A stretch of 64,000 bases of DNA, taken from Bradyrhizobiaceae bacterium (GTDB taxonomy: Bacteria; Pseudomonadota; Alphaproteobacteria; Rhizobiales; Xanthobacteraceae). The DNA lies in assembly GCA_003963145.1 (NCBI GenBank), contig RXJJ01000001.1, positions 217,358-281,357 on the forward strand, written 5' to 3'. Made by a program: the position numbers and the translations under genes. Each line of letters opens with the position of its first letter. Position 1 is the stretch's first letter. The notes under the pieces are model-generated. The model did not search any database. It was given only the letters and a program-made list of their open reading frames with translations, and was not told the origin of the DNA. Shown one piece after another: positions 53,440 through 64,000 of the stretch.

Positions 53440-55515
53440 TCAGTGCGCGTCGGCCCAGACCTTCTTCTTGGTGAAGTAAAGCAGACCCGCCAGCACGATC
53501 AGGAACAGGAAGACCTGAAAGCCGAGGTGCTTGCGCGCTTCGAGCTTGGGCTCTGCCGTCCACATCAGGAAGGCGGAAACGTCGGTCGCGTACTGGTCGA
53601 CCGTCTGCGGCGAGCCATCGCTATAGGTCACCTGCCCGTCGCTGAGCGGCGGCGGCATCTTGATGGCGTGGCCGGGGAAATACTTGTTGTAGTGCGAGCC
53701 TTCCGGCAGCTGGAAGCCGGCGGGCGGCTTTTCCTCGAACCCCGTCAGGATGGCATGAATGTAGTTCGGCCCCTTCTCCTGAAACTGGGTGAAGGCATCG
53801 AAGATGAACTGCGGAAAGCCGCGCTCATAGCCGCGCGCCTTCGCCATCAGCGACAGGTCCGGAGGAGCCGCGCCACCGTTGGAGGCGCGCGCAGCCTGTT
53901 CGTTCGGGAACGGCGCGGGGAAATAATCCGCCGGGCGGCCGGAACGCTCGAACATTTCGCCCTTGTCGTTCGGGCCGTCCTGAATCTTGAAATCGGAGGC
54001 GAATGCCGCCGCCTGCGCCGGCGAATAACCCGGCCCGCCCGGATCGGCAAGGTTACGGAAGGCGACGAAATTCAGCGAATGGCAGGCCGCGCAGACTTCC
54101 TTGTAGACCTGCAGGCCGCGCTGCAACTGGCCGCGATTGTACATGCCGAAAGGGCCGGCGAACGACCATTTCAGCGACGGCGGAACAGAGCCGTGGCTAT
54201 CCTCCGCCCTCGACTGGCTGACGCCACCGATCAGCAGCGAGGCGCCCACGACCAGCGCGATCATGCTGGAGACCATCGGCGGCTTGAGCGAGCCGGTCTT
54301 GGCCAGCACGTCGGCCGCGATCGAGCTTGGCAGCGGACGCGGCTTCTCGATGAAGCTGAGAACCGGCAGCACGATCAGGAAGAAGGCGAAATACATCACC
54401 GTGAGGATGCGGCCGGCGATGACATAGATGCCCTCCGGCGGCTGCGCGCCGAGATAGCCGAGACCGATGCAGGTCGCGACGAAAATCCAGAAGAACTGCT
54501 TGCCGAGCGGCCGGTACTTCATCGAGCGGGTCTTGGCGCTGTCGAGCCAGGGCAGGAAAGCCAGCACGATAATCGCCGAGAACATCGCAACCACGCCCAT
54601 CAGCTTGTTCGGGATCGAGCGCAGGATGGCGTAAAACGGCAGGTAGTACCATTCCGGCACGATATGCGCGGGCGTCACGCCCGGATTCGCCGGAATGTAG
54701 TTGTCCGGATCGCCGAGATAGTTCGGGATGTAGAAAATGAACCAGGAGAAGAACAGCAGGAAGCAGACCATGCCGAACGCATCCTTGACGGTCGCGTAAG
54801 GCGTGAACGGCACGGTGTCCTTCTCGGTCTGCGGCTCGACGCCGGCGGGATTGTTCTGGCCCGCGACGTGCAGCGCCCAGATGTGCAGGACGACGACGCC
54901 CGCGATCACGAAGGGCAGCAGATAATGCAGCGAGAAGAAGCGGTTCAGCGTCGGATTGCCAACCGAATAGCCGCCCCACAGCCAGGTCACGATGCTGTCG
55001 CCGACCAGCGGGATAGCGCCGAACAGATTGGTGATGACGGTGGCGCCCCAGAAGCTCATCTGGCCCCAAGGCAGCACGTAACCCATGAAGCCGGTGGCCA
55101 TCATCAAGAGGTAGATGATGACGCCGAGAATCCACAGAACCTCGCGCGGCTCCTTGTATGAGCCGTAATAGAGACCGCGGAACATGTGAATGTAGACGGC
55201 GATGAAGAACATCGACGCGCCGTTGGAGTGCATGTAGCGCAGCAACCAGCCGAAATTGACGTCGCGCATGATGCCTTCGACCGACTTGAAGGCGAAATCG
55301 ACATGCGGCGTGTAGTGCATCGCCAGGATGACGCCGGTGAGGATCTGCACGCCCAGCATCATCGAAAGGATGGCGCCGAACGTCCACCAGTAGTTGAGGT
55401 TGCGCGGGGTCGGGTAAGCGACGAAGGACGAGTGGATCAGGCCTCCCAGGGGGAGACGCCGCTCGACCCACTTCAGAACTGGGTTTTGCGGGTTATAGGT
55501 CGATGGTCCGCTCAT
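53440..55515 (-). CDS. fbcH: Fused cytochrome b / cytochrome c1
   Basis: Cyt b motifs ([13 protein letters not shown]) followed in frame by a signal-like segment and the c1 motif CAACH. Confidence 0.94.
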   Translation of the reverse strand: MSGPSTYNPQNPVLKWVERRLPLGGLIHSSFVAYPTPRNLNYWWTFGAILSMMLGVQILTGVILAMHYTPHVDFAFKSVEGIMRDVNFGWLLRYMHSNGASMFFIAVYIHMFRGLYYGSYKEPREVLWILGVIIYLLMMATGFMGYVLPWGQMSFWGATVITNLFGAIPLVGDSIVTWLWGGYSVGNPTLNRFFSLHYLLPFVIAGVVVLHIWALHVAGQNNPAGVEPQTEKDTVPFTPYATVKDAFGMVCFLLFFSWFIFYIPNYLGDPDNYIPANPGVTPAHIVPEWYYLPFYAILRSIPNKLMGVVAMFSAIIVLAFLPWLDSAKTRSMKYRPLGKQFFWIFVATCIGLGYLGAQPPEGIYVIAGRILTVMYFAFFLIVLPVLSFIEKPRPLPSSIAADVLAKTGSLKPPMVSSMIALVVGASLLIGGVSQSRAEDSHGSVPPSLKWSFAGPFGMYNRGQLQRGLQVYKEVCAACHSLNFVAFRNLADPGGPGYSPAQAAAFASDFKIQDGPNDKGEMFERSGRPADYFPAPFPNEQAARASNGGAAPPDLSLMAKARGYERGFPQFIFDAFTQFQEKGPNYIHAILTGFEEKPPAGFQLPEGSHYNKYFPGHAIKMPPPLSDGQVTYSDGSPQTVDQYATDVSAFLMWTAEPKLEARKHLGFQVFLFLIVLAGLLYFTKKKVWADAH

Positions 55516-55577
55516 GTGGTGCGATCCTGCAAAGTCAAAGTCTGGGCCTGGGGCGACGCAATCGATTTAACGAGAGT

Positions 55578-56105
55578 TCAGCCGATTCTGATCTTGGTGT
55601 CGGAAACGAAGGCGTAAGGCGGGACGGCGAGGTTCAGCGGCGCCGGCCCCTGGCGGATACGGCCCGAGGAGTCGTATTGCGAACCATGGCAGGGGCAGAA
55701 GAAGCCGTCGTAATTGCCTTCATAGGCGATCGGAATACAGCCGAGATGCGTGCAGATGCCGATCACGACGAGCCACTGGTCGTGGCCTTCCTTGACGCGG
55801 GCCTGGTCGGTCTGCGGATCGGGCAGACTTGCGACATTGACCGAACGCGCTTCCTCGATCTGTTTGGGCGTGCGGTTCATGATGTAGATCGGCTTGCCGC
55901 GCCAGAACACCTTGATGTCCTGTCCGACGGCGATCGGCGATAGGTCCACATCGATCGGCGCGCCGGCGGCAATCGTCGAGGCGTCCGGATTCATCTGGGA
56001 GATCAGCGGCCAGGCAACGGCAGCGGCGCCGACGGCGGCAAAGGCTCCTGTGGCCACATAGAGAAAATCACGGCGTGTCGGTTCAGCCGAGGAGGAGGAC
56101 GTCAC
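55578..56105 (-). CDS. fbcF: Rieske iron-sulfur subunit of the bc1 complex
   Basis: Tat-like TRRDFL, CTHLGC, CPCHGS; GTG start. Confidence 0.93.
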   Translation of the reverse strand: MTSSSSAEPTRRDFLYVATGAFAAVGAAAVAWPLISQMNPDASTIAAGAPIDVDLSPIAVGQDIKVFWRGKPIYIMNRTPKQIEEARSVNVASLPDPQTDQARVKEGHDQWLVVIGICTHLGCIPIAYEGNYDGFFCPCHGSQYDSSGRIRQGPAPLNLAVPPYAFVSDTKIRIG

Positions 56106-56371
56106 GATTGCAAACCCTTTCCCAACTTCCACCGGCTGAGCCGTCCTCCAACACGCCGTCAAGCGCGGAGGAAAAAACGCCGGTGCCACGAGCCCCGAGT
56201 AGACAAAATGACCACTTGCCCCGCTTAAAACCGGGCAAACCACGCGATCTAGAATCGATCTATTGGCACCCTTGCCGATTGAGCGCAAGCCCGCTATCGG
56301 CTCCTGTTAGTGCGATGCGTAAAAACTCCGCACAGTGCAGTTTTTTCTACACAATTTTGGGCCGTCCCCCG

Positions 56372-56836
56372 ATGCAGGTTGCCCTTTATCAGCCCGATAT
56401 TCCGCAGAACACCGGCACGATTCTGCGGCTGTGCGCCTGTCTGGACGTGGCCGCCCATATCATCGAGCCTGCCGGATTTCCCGTTAGCGACCGGCATTTC
56501 CGCCGCGCGGGGATGGATTATCTTGATCGGGTCACTATTTCCCGACATGCCTCCTGGCACCGGTTTACCGAATGGCGTGAAACATCGGGCAGCCGCCTGG
56601 TGTTATTTTCGACCAAGGCGGCAACACCATATCTGGATTTCAGCTATCGTGACGCCGACATCCTGATGTTCGGACGGGAAAGCGCCGGAGTACCGGACGA
56701 GGTCATGGCCGCCGCCGACGAGCGGGTGGTCATCCCGGTCGCTCCGGGCATGCGGTCGCTGAATGTGGCCGTGAGCGCGGCGATGGCGCTTGGCGAGGCG
56801 CTGCGGCAGACCCGGCACGCATCGAATAAACCGTAA
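56372..56836 (+). CDS. trmL: tRNA (cytidine/uridine-34 2'-O)-methyltransferase
   Basis: PDIPQNTG, RRAGMDY, FGRESAG, RSLNVA. Confidence 0.9.
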   Translation: MQVALYQPDIPQNTGTILRLCACLDVAAHIIEPAGFPVSDRHFRRAGMDYLDRVTISRHASWHRFTEWRETSGSRLVLFSTKAATPYLDFSYRDADILMFGRESAGVPDEVMAAADERVVIPVAPGMRSLNVAVSAAMALGEALRQTRHASNKP

Positions 56837-56870
56837 CGTATCGAATAAACTGTAACGTAAAGGCAGACCC

Positions 56871-57503
56871 GTGAGCTACGCGGTGAAGGAAATCTTCATG
56901 ACATTGCAGGGCGAAGGCGCACATGCCGGGCGCGCGGCGGTGTTTTGCCGGTTTTCGGGCTGCAATTTATGGAGCGGGCGGGAGCAGGATCGCGCCAGCG
57001 CCGTCTGCAAGTTCTGCGATACCGATTTCGTCGGCACCGACGGCACCGACGGCGGGCGCTATGCAAACGCCGATGCGCTGGCGGACAGGATTGCCGCGGC
57101 ATGGTCAGGCAATGGCAGCGGGCGCTATGTGGTGTTGACCGGCGGCGAGCCGATGCTGCAAATCGACAGTGAACTGATCGACGCCCTGCATGCACGCGCC
57201 TTTGCCGTGGCGGTGGAGACCAACGGGACCATAACGCCCCCGCCCGGCCTCGACTGGATCTGCGTCAGTCCCAAGGCCGGCAGCGAGCTTGTGGTGCGCG
57301 GCGGCCATGAATTGAAACTGGTTTATCCGCAGGCAGGCATCGCGCCCGAGGATTTCGCCGATCTGGCATTCGAACGCTTCTCGTTGCAGCCGATGGACGG
57401 ACCTGACATAGCGCAAAGCACAAAAGCGGCGATCGCGTATTGTCTGCGCCATCCGCAATGGCGCCTGAGCGTACAAACACACAAAACTCTTGGTATCAGG
57501 TAG
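56871..57503 (+). CDS. queE: 7-carboxy-7-deazaguanine synthase (CX14CX2C type)
   Basis: TLQGEG..AGR, CNLWSGREQDRASAVCKFCDTDF, TGGEP, SVQTHK. Confidence 0.92.
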   Translation: MSYAVKEIFMTLQGEGAHAGRAAVFCRFSGCNLWSGREQDRASAVCKFCDTDFVGTDGTDGGRYANADALADRIAAAWSGNGSGRYVVLTGGEPMLQIDSELIDALHARAFAVAVETNGTITPPPGLDWICVSPKAGSELVVRGGHELKLVYPQAGIAPEDFADLAFERFSLQPMDGPDIAQSTKAAIAYCLRHPQWRLSVQTHKTLGIR

Positions 57504-57516
57504 TCTGGATAAACTG

Positions 57517-57888
57517 ATGTGGGAATTGACTAAATCGTTCCGTTTCGAGGCCGCGCATGCGCTGTCGCATACGAGTCTCGGCGAAGCGAGCCAGGAAATA
57601 CACGGCCATTCGTTCCGCGCCGAAGTGACGATCCGGGGCACGCCCGACCCGGTGACCGGCATGGTGATGGACCTTGGCCTTCTGGAACGCGCGATGTCCG
57701 ATGTGCAGAAAACCCTCGATCACAAGCTACTCAACAAGATCGAGGGGCTTTCAATTCCCACGCTGGAAAACCTGTCGCGCTTCATCTGGGAGCGTGTCCA
57801 GAAGACCGGACACGTGGTGCGCGTCAGTGTTCACCGCGACAGTTGCGGCGAGAGCTGCACTTATTTCGGGCCTGAAAGGAAAGCGTGA
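57517..57888 (+). CDS. queD: 6-carboxytetrahydropterin synthase-like protein
   Basis: FEAAH, IHGHSF, LDHKLLN, PTLEN; next to queE. Confidence 0.8.
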   Translation: MWELTKSFRFEAAHALSHTSLGEASQEIHGHSFRAEVTIRGTPDPVTGMVMDLGLLERAMSDVQKTLDHKLLNKIEGLSIPTLENLSRFIWERVQKTGHVVRVSVHRDSCGESCTYFGPERKA

Positions 57889-58775
57889 TGGACGCATCGA
57901 CCGTCGGTCAGAGAAAGACCGTTACACCTCCGTGGTTTGAAAAACTGCGTGACGATATCTGTGCCTCGCTTGAAAAGCTCGAGGACGACGCTTCGCCGGA
58001 CCTCTATCCGGGCCCAGCGGGACGCTTTGTCCGCACGCCGTGGCAGCGAACCGATCACACCGGCGCACCGGGCGGCGGCGGTGTGATGTCGATCTTGCGC
58101 GGCCGCCTGTTCGAGAAAGCCGGCGTGCATTGTTCGACCGTTCATGGCGAATTCGCGCCTGAATTCCGCAATCAGATTCCGGGCGCGGAAGACGATCCGC
58201 GTTTCTGGGCGTCCGGCATCTCGCTCATCATCCACCCGCGCAATCCCAACGTGCCCGCGGTTCATATGAATACGCGCTTTGTCGTCACCACCAGATCGTG
58301 GTTCGGCGGCGGCATGGACCTGACGCCCGTGCTCGCCCGCCGCCGCACCCAGGACGACGCCGATACCGCTGATTTTCATGCCGCGTGCAAGGCTGCCTGC
58401 GACGCTCATCCCGCTGTCGCGCCGTATGAGAAATTCCGCAACTGGTGCGACGAGTATTTCTATCTGAAGCATCGCGAGGAGCCGCGCGGCGTCGGCGGCA
58501 TTTTCTACGACTGGCTCGACACCGGCGACTGGGACGCCGAATTCGCATTCACCCAGGACGTCGGACGGGCCTTCGCCAGGATCTATCCGGTCCTGGTGCG
58601 CAGGAATTTTGCCACGCCATGGCACCCCCAAGACCGCGAAGAACAATTGGTCCGGCGGGGAAGGTATGTGGAATTCAATCTGCTTTATGACCGCGGCACC
58701 ATCTTCGGCCTGAAGACCGGAGGGAATGTCGAATCGATCCTGTCCTCGATGCCGCCAGAGGTAAAATGGCCCTAA
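57885..58775 (+). CDS. hemF: Oxygen-dependent coproporphyrinogen III oxidase
   Basis: [47 protein letters not shown]. Confidence 0.95.
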   Translation: MMDASTVGQRKTVTPPWFEKLRDDICASLEKLEDDASPDLYPGPAGRFVRTPWQRTDHTGAPGGGGVMSILRGRLFEKAGVHCSTVHGEFAPEFRNQIPGAEDDPRFWASGISLIIHPRNPNVPAVHMNTRFVVTTRSWFGGGMDLTPVLARRRTQDDADTADFHAACKAACDAHPAVAPYEKFRNWCDEYFYLKHREEPRGVGGIFYDWLDTGDWDAEFAFTQDVGRAFARIYPVLVRRNFATPWHPQDREEQLVRRGRYVEFNLLYDRGTIFGLKTGGNVESILSSMPPEVKWP

Positions 58776-58983
58776 TTTGAGACCGATCGGGTGCGGCGCA
58801 TTAAGCCACGGAAAAAATTCGGTTTTACGGTTCCACCCTGTCACCCAATCATCACAGTCGCCCAAGAACGGCCGCTGTCCAGCGGTTTCGGTCCGGGTTC
58901 CGATTGAGCATTAACGCGCGGCCACGTATCTCTAGGTCCAGACATGCGGCGAGAATCGCCGCTATACGTTTTCAGGGGCCGAA

Positions 58984-59688
58984 ATGCGAAAAGCCGCAAT
59001 TCTTGTGACCGCCGTGTTTGGCGTGGGGTTGTCCCATGCCGCTTTCGCAGCCGACCTGCCTGCCAAGGTTTACACCAAGGCTCCGCCGCCGCCGGTGACC
59101 TATGGCTGGACCGGTTCCTACGTCGGCGGCTATATCGGCGGCGCCTTCAATGACGGGAATGTCACGACCACCGCGCCGGGCGATGTGGCGACCTACAGCC
59201 CCGGCTCGAGCTTCATCGGCGGTCTGACCAGCGGCTACAACTATCAGTTCGCGCCGAACTGGCTGATCGGTTACGAAAGCGAAACGGGTTATTTGCAGTA
59301 CAAGGCCCACGGCAATTTCGCCGGCAGCGGCGGCGCGGTCTATACCCATTCCGATAGCTGGTACAGCTCATGGGCAGGCCGTTTCGGTTATGTCTCCGGC
59401 CCCTCGCTGTTCTACGCCAAGGGCGGCGTAACCCTGAGCCGGTTCGACTCGACCGCAACTCCGGCTGGCATCACCTACGACCATCAGCGCTATGAAATCG
59501 GATATGCCGTCGGCGGCGGCTGGGAATATATGCTCAACAACATGTGGAGCGTGAAGGCCGAGTACCTTTATCTCGGCTTCGGCGACAAACTTTCCGCCGG
59601 TCCGACCAACACCGATCTTGCCGGTGTCCACACCGTGAAGGTCGGCATGAACTACAAGTGGGACCCGCTCTCGCTGCTGTTCCACTGA
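58984..59688 (+). CDS. Outer membrane beta-barrel protein (Omp25/RopB-like)
   Basis: AADLPAKVYTKAPP, WTGSYVGG, GGGWEY, SVKAEYLYLGFG. Confidence 0.85.
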   Translation: MRKAAILVTAVFGVGLSHAAFAADLPAKVYTKAPPPPVTYGWTGSYVGGYIGGAFNDGNVTTTAPGDVATYSPGSSFIGGLTSGYNYQFAPNWLIGYESETGYLQYKAHGNFAGSGGAVYTHSDSWYSSWAGRFGYVSGPSLFYAKGGVTLSRFDSTATPAGITYDHQRYEIGYAVGGGWEYMLNNMWSVKAEYLYLGFGDKLSAGPTNTDLAGVHTVKVGMNYKWDPLSLLFH

Positions 59689-59706
59689 GCTGCGCAAACA
59701 GATTTG

Positions 59707-59743
59707 AAAAACCCCGGATCGTTCGATCCGGGGTTTTTGTTTT
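59707..59743 (+). terminator. Intrinsic terminator
   Basis: AAAAACCCCGGATC-gttc-GATCCGGGGTTTTTGTTTT. Confidence 0.82.
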
Positions 59744-59850
59744 CAGTACCTTTTTATGCGCGGCGGTCGCCGTCTGTCCGCTGCGGATTTGTCAGCGTGT
59801 CATGACGCGCCGCTAGAGTGGCTCCATTCGATCACACGAAGGAGCGGATC

Positions 59851-60072
59851 ATGGCACTGAAAGCAGGCGACGTTGTTGTTCTCAAATCCGGCGGCCAGGC
59901 GCTGACCGTCGCCTCGGTCGAAGGCGATACCGTCGAATGCGTCTGGATCGGCGAAGAAGGAGAGCTGTTCCGCGAGGAGCTTCCCTCGGTCGTTCTGGAA
60001 TCGGCAGAAATCGACCTGTCGGATGACGATGAAGCACACGAGGACGAAGAAGAGCACGACGAGGTCGCCTGA
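59851..60072 (+). CDS. DUF2158/YodC-like small protein
   Basis: KAGDVVVLKSGGQALTV...VECVW; acidic tail; AAGGAG RBS. Confidence 0.8.
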   Translation: MALKAGDVVVLKSGGQALTVASVEGDTVECVWIGEEGELFREELPSVVLESAEIDLSDDDEAHEDEEEHDEVA

Positions 60073-60088
60073 TCCCCGTGACCGGCGG

Positions 60089-61348
60089 CTAAAGCCGGTG
60101 ATCGTGACGAAACCGTGCGATCGCCTGATCGGCGATCGCATCCAGCGCCGCGGCATCGCAAGGAAAATTCGCCGCGAGCCACGCATCCTCCGCCAGTGTC
60201 AGGACATGGCCGAGCGCCGGCCCCTCCTTCAATCCCCTTTTCAGAAAATCGGCGGCTTTCAGCGGAAATTCCGGCGCGCTCCAGCGCCGTGGCAAGGTCG
60301 CAAGCTCGCGCCAGCGCTTCGAATCGAAATCGCGCCCGGCCCGGGCCCACGCAAGCATGATACGGTCGAGATAGCAGTCCGCTCCCAGGCGATAGATCCG
60401 CCGCCGCGCGACCTCTTCATCCATAGCGGACAGCCGCCACCAGCGATGGCCCATCGAATCCAGACGCCTGGTCTCGGCATTCGACAGCCGCAGGCGCTGC
60501 GACAGCCGCTTCGCATCCTCGGTGGAGGCAACCGCCAGCGCACCGAGACGGCGCACCGCGTCGGCCTGAAGGCCAAGCGCATGCTCGGCCTCGATCATTT
60601 TCGCGAATGGGCCGTGATAGGCGACGCCGCCTGTAATCCGCATCAGCAAACCGCCATCGTCCATCGCGGTCAATGCCGGCGCCGCGCGGCGCGCCACCAC
60701 CAGCTTGAGCATTTCCATCCGCATCCGCTCGGCCGAAAGCGACCGCAGGCCCTCGCGCGCCTCGATACAGGCCAGCAGCGCATCGCGGTCCGGCTCTCCC
60801 TCGCCATAGGCTGCGTGAATGCGGAAGAAACGCAGGACGCGCAGGTAATCCTCTGTGATGCGGCGCAACGGCTCGCCGATGAAGCGAACGCGGCGCGCGG
60901 CAATGTCATCGAGGCCGCCGACATGATCGTGAATGACGCCGTCAGATGAAAGCGACAGGCCGTTCATGGTGAAATCGCGCCGCTGCGCATCGCGGACCCA
61001 ATCGCGGCCGAACGCCACCTTCGCCTTTCGGCCGAAGGTCTCGACGTCCTCACGCAGGGTCGTCACCTCGAATGGCTTGCCGTCGATCACGAGAGTCACT
61101 GTGCCGTGCTCGATACCGGTCGGCACACATTTGATATGGGCCGCCCGCGCGCGGCGGACCACCTCCTTGGGCAGCGCCGTGGTTGCGATATCGATTTCGC
61201 CGACCGGCAATTCGAGCAAGGCGTTACGCACCGCGCCGCCGACGACCCGCGCTTCCTCCCCGTTCGCGTTCAAGAGCCCGAGGATGCGCGCGGCCGGGCC
61301 GGAGGTCAGCCACGGGGCCCTGATGCTGGCATGAGGCACGGCGCTCAT
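60089..61348 (-). CDS. CCA-adding enzyme / tRNA nucleotidyltransferase
   Basis: VGGAVRNALL, EIDIAT, RRDFTMN, EDYLRVLRFFR. Confidence 0.9.
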   Translation of the reverse strand: MSAVPHASIRAPWLTSGPAARILGLLNANGEEARVVGGAVRNALLELPVGEIDIATTALPKEVVRRARAAHIKCVPTGIEHGTVTLVIDGKPFEVTTLREDVETFGRKAKVAFGRDWVRDAQRRDFTMNGLSLSSDGVIHDHVGGLDDIAARRVRFIGEPLRRITEDYLRVLRFFRIHAAYGEGEPDRDALLACIEAREGLRSLSAERMRMEMLKLVVARRAAPALTAMDDGGLLMRITGGVAYHGPFAKMIEAEHALGLQADAVRRLGALAVASTEDAKRLSQRLRLSNAETRRLDSMGHRWWRLSAMDEEVARRRIYRLGADCYLDRIMLAWARAGRDFDSKRWRELATLPRRWSAPEFPLKAADFLKRGLKEGPALGHVLTLAEDAWLAANFPCDAAALDAIADQAIARFRHDHRL

Positions 61349-61608
61349 TTCTCGCTTCCCGGAACGAGCTTGCCGTTTTCGATATGCGCCGGCGTGTATG
61401 TCGAGCCCGGCGGCGCTCCGGAAAATTGCGCCACCGAAACGAGACTGAGGATCACCAGCAGCAATGCGACGACCGCCAGCTTGCCGATGACGTGCAGCGG
61501 CCATGTTGACGTATGCAGCACGTTGGAGCGGGTCAGGATCACGAACAGCGCATAGGCGGCAAATGGAATAAGAAAAATCCCGATCTCGGTCAGGACAGGC
61601 CGGATCAT
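61345..61608 (-). CDS. Small membrane protein (DUF6111-like)
   Basis: Two TM helices, C-terminal YTPAHIENGKLVPG; overlaps neighbouring genes by 4 nt. Confidence 0.75.
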   Translation of the reverse strand: MIRPVLTEIGIFLIPFAAYALFVILTRSNVLHTSTWPLHVIGKLAVVALLLVILSLVSVAQFSGAPPGSTYTPAHIENGKLVPGSEK

Positions 61609-62312
61609 GACGCGTAGATCCGCTCGTAAAGCACGCGCAGCATGCCCGCCGTCGCGCCCCAGATATAACGCTGCTCGTAGGGCATCTCGTAAAAATAGCG
61701 CTGGATGCCGCGGAATTCCTTGGTGGCGCGCTTGTGGTTGAGCGGATCCATCAAAAAGGCCAGCGGCACCTCGAATGCGTCCTCGACCTCGTTGGTGTCG
61801 ATCGTCAAATGAAAGCCGGGGCGCACCTTCGCCAGCGTCGGCAGCACGCGAAATCCGAAACTGGTGGCGTAAACATCGAGATAGCCAATCGGTTCGATGA
61901 AATCGCGCTTCAGGCCGACCTCCTCGTCCGCCTCGCGCAAGGCTGCATCGAGCGGCGTGGCGTCGGCCGGATCGATCTTGCCTCCCGGAAACGAAACCTG
62001 TCCCGGATGTTCGGCCAGATGCGAAGCACGGGTGGTCAAGAGCACTGTCGGCAAATCACGCTCGACGATGCCGATCAGCACAGCTGCCTGCCGGATCGGC
62101 TTTTCCCGGGCGATGATTTGCAGCATCTGATCGGTCCCGAAATCGCCGGTCGGCGCGATGATCGACGCATCGCCAAGACCGGGCGGGATTTCGAAATTCA
62201 GCCGCGCCCGCGCCCGCGCGAAAAATTCATCCGGGCCGAGCAGCTTTGGGGACTGCGCGGTGTCGTCTCGGACATCCGGCGCGCCGCCGATCTTCAATAT
62301 GCTTTCAGTCAA
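61605..62312 (-). CDS. Nudix CoA pyrophosphatase (NudL type)
   Basis: HPGQVSFPGGKID, ALREADEEVGL, IWGATAGML. Confidence 0.9.
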   Translation of the reverse strand: MTESILKIGGAPDVRDDTAQSPKLLGPDEFFARARARLNFEIPPGLGDASIIAPTGDFGTDQMLQIIAREKPIRQAAVLIGIVERDLPTVLLTTRASHLAEHPGQVSFPGGKIDPADATPLDAALREADEEVGLKRDFIEPIGYLDVYATSFGFRVLPTLAKVRPGFHLTIDTNEVEDAFEVPLAFLMDPLNHKRATKEFRGIQRYFYEMPYEQRYIWGATAGMLRVLYERIYAS

Positions 62313-62372
62313 GCGTCATTCCCGATCAAACCGTGCCGCTGCGGCGAATGGATCAAATTCAAGCGCCACCCC

Positions 62373-62978
62373 CTAAATCCTCGCCTGCTCCGCATCCGCC
62401 ATGGGGAAGAAGGTGCTGCCGGAAGCAACGCCGAACTTCGCACGGCCGTCGACAACACGCTCTTCGCCGAGCGCCACCAGATCATAATATACCGCGCGCG
62501 TGACCTTTGCCCACAGGTTCGCGCGCACATGCAGATAGGGCGCAAGCCCGCCGCCGTTGGCCGGCTCGAACCGAAGCGGACAATTCGAATCGCAACGCAC
62601 CCAGTCATCGACATTGGTGCGGAATGACAGGAGGCGAGCGCCGCCCTCCTCAAGCTGGCGCATTTCCACCGCCGCGAACGGCGCGTCATCGACACGGATG
62701 CCGACTTTCTCGACCGGCGTGACAAGAAAATATCGTTCGCCCTCACGTTTAAGGATGGTGGAGAACAGCCGCACCAGCGGCGGACGGCCGATCGGCGTGT
62801 TAAGATAGAACCAGGTGCCGTCGGCTGCGATTCGGATGTCGAGATCGCCGCAAAAGGGCGGGTTCCACAGATGCACCGGAGGCAGGCTTCGGGCGCCGCT
62901 CTGGCTTGCGGCCCGCGCCAGCCCTTCCAGCCGCGACGCGGTGTCTCCCGATGGTGTCACCTGCCCTTGCTTCGCCAT
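62373..62978 (-). CDS. DUF1285 family protein
   Basis: LPPVHLWNPPFCGDLDIRI..DGTWFY, LVTPVEKVGI.VDDAPF. Confidence 0.82.
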   Translation of the reverse strand: MAKQGQVTPSGDTASRLEGLARAASQSGARSLPPVHLWNPPFCGDLDIRIAADGTWFYLNTPIGRPPLVRLFSTILKREGERYFLVTPVEKVGIRVDDAPFAAVEMRQLEEGGARLLSFRTNVDDWVRCDSNCPLRFEPANGGGLAPYLHVRANLWAKVTRAVYYDLVALGEERVVDGRAKFGVASGSTFFPMADAEQARI

Positions 62979-63198
62979 GGTTTGCCCTGACTTTGCATCC
63001 TGTTTGGCACGATTTAAGCAAGAATTTCCACACATCTTGTGACGAGAAGGCCTCGCTACAAGTTGATGAAGCGGCGATTTCGGACCCGGTAAAGTGGGGA
63101 CATCCGATTTAACCGCAGATATGGCCGCATACATGGCCCTGACCGAACGGTAGCATGGACACGCGATTTGCAGGTCCGGCGAGTTGAAGGAGATAACG

Positions 63199-64000
63199 AT
63201 GACGGCAGACAGTGTCGAGAAGCTCGAGGACGTGATCGTCCGTTCGGCCGAGCAGCTTGCGGGCAATATCCGCTCCGCGCGGCAGGCCATCTCGAGCATC
63301 ATTTTCGGCCAGGAGAAGGTCGTCGACAACGCGCTGGTCACGATCCTGTCGGGCGGCCACGCGCTCCTGATCGGCGTGCCCGGCCTCGCCAAGACCAAGC
63401 TTGTCGAAACCCTCGGCGTCACGCTCGGGCTCGACGCCAAGCGCGTGCAGTTCACGCCCGATTTGATGCCCTCCGATATTCTCGGCGCGGAGGTACTGGA
63501 CGAGAGCACCAGCGGAAAGCGCTCGTTCCGCTTTATCGCGGGCCCGGTGTTCGCGCAGCTTCTGATGGCGGACGAGATCAACCGCGCTTCGCCGCGCACG
63601 CAATCGGCGCTGCTGCAGGCGATGCAGGAGCAGCACATCACGGTCGCGGGCGCGCGGCACGATCTGCCGAAGCCCTTCCACGTGCTCGCCACGCAGAATC
63701 CGCTGGAGCAGGAAGGCACCTATCCCCTGCCCGAAGCCCAGCTCGACCGCTTCCTGATGGAGATTGACGTCGAATATCCGGATCGCGACGCCGAACGCAA
63801 AATCCTGTTCGACACCACCGGCGCGGAACAGGCCGTGGCCAAGGCGGCGATGAATGCGGACACGCTGCTGAGCGCGCAGCGGCTGGTGCGCCGCCTTCCC
63901 GTCGGCGACTCGGTGGTGGAGGCGATCCTCACGCTCGTCAGGTCCGCGCGTCCGGGCGAAGCCGGCGCGAACGAGGCGACAAAAGCGATCGCATGGGGCC
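63199..64000 (+). CDS. MoxR family AAA+ ATPase (runs off the window edge)
   Basis: GVPGLAKT, QFTPDLMPSDI, DEINRASPRTQSALL, ATQNPLEQEGTYPLPEAQLDRF. Confidence 0.92.
   Translation, partial: MTADSVEKLEDVIVRSAEQLAGNIRSARQAISSIIFGQEKVVDNALVTILSGGHALLIGVPGLAKTKLVETLGVTLGLDAKRVQFTPDLMPSDILGAEVLDESTSGKRSFRFIAGPVFAQLLMADEINRASPRTQSALLQAMQEQHITVAGARHDLPKPFHVLATQNPLEQEGTYPLPEAQLDRFLMEIDVEYPDRDAERKILFDTTGAEQAVAKAAMNADTLLSAQRLVRRLPVGDSVVEAILTLVRSARPGEAGANEATKAIAWG

Noticed and set aside
53443-55161. 572-aa plus-strand ORF over fbcH
   Set aside because: Antisense shadow ORF.
59640-59688. Outer membrane protein ending KWDPLSLLFH rather than at a terminal aromatic beta-signal
   Set aside because: Short C-terminal extensions after the last strand are common in this protein family; there is no sign of a frameshift.

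Overview
GC-rich alphaproteobacterial chromosome segment. The fused cytochrome b/c1 gene, fused trpE(G), ccrM and ppdK point to a Bradyrhizobium/Afipia-like member of the Nitrobacteraceae; this is inferred from gene content, not a database match. Most of the window is housekeeping: pyrC, ygfZ, tag, nadQ, nadABC, ppdK, glyQS, ispB, ispE, ETF-QO, udg, ohr, rnhB, moaB, ccrM, mutY, smc, apt, trpE(G), fbcFH, trmL, queE, queD, hemF, cca and a moxR ATPase. I found no rRNA, tRNA, CRISPR array, integrase or classical transposase. The main accessory signal is a family of C/G-rich palindromic repeats. (1) A 442-bp unit with perfect 37-bp terminal inverted repeats encloses a DUF559 (Vsr-like) endonuclease gene between glyQ and glyS. 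(2) A short related copy sits in frame inside glyS and replaces a short loop with about 41 residues. (3) Two related gene-less copies each start 9 nt after a stop codon. Together these look like an autonomous plus non-autonomous repeat system built around a DUF559 nuclease (inference). Also present: five CGTC/TGTC-type REP-like dimers, a low-GC in-frame segment in glyS, a frameshift in trpE(G) with an intact trp attenuator, NadQ and LexA boxes, a tandem pair of ParA-like ATPases, an SDR gene remnant and two small ORFs missing from the ORF track.
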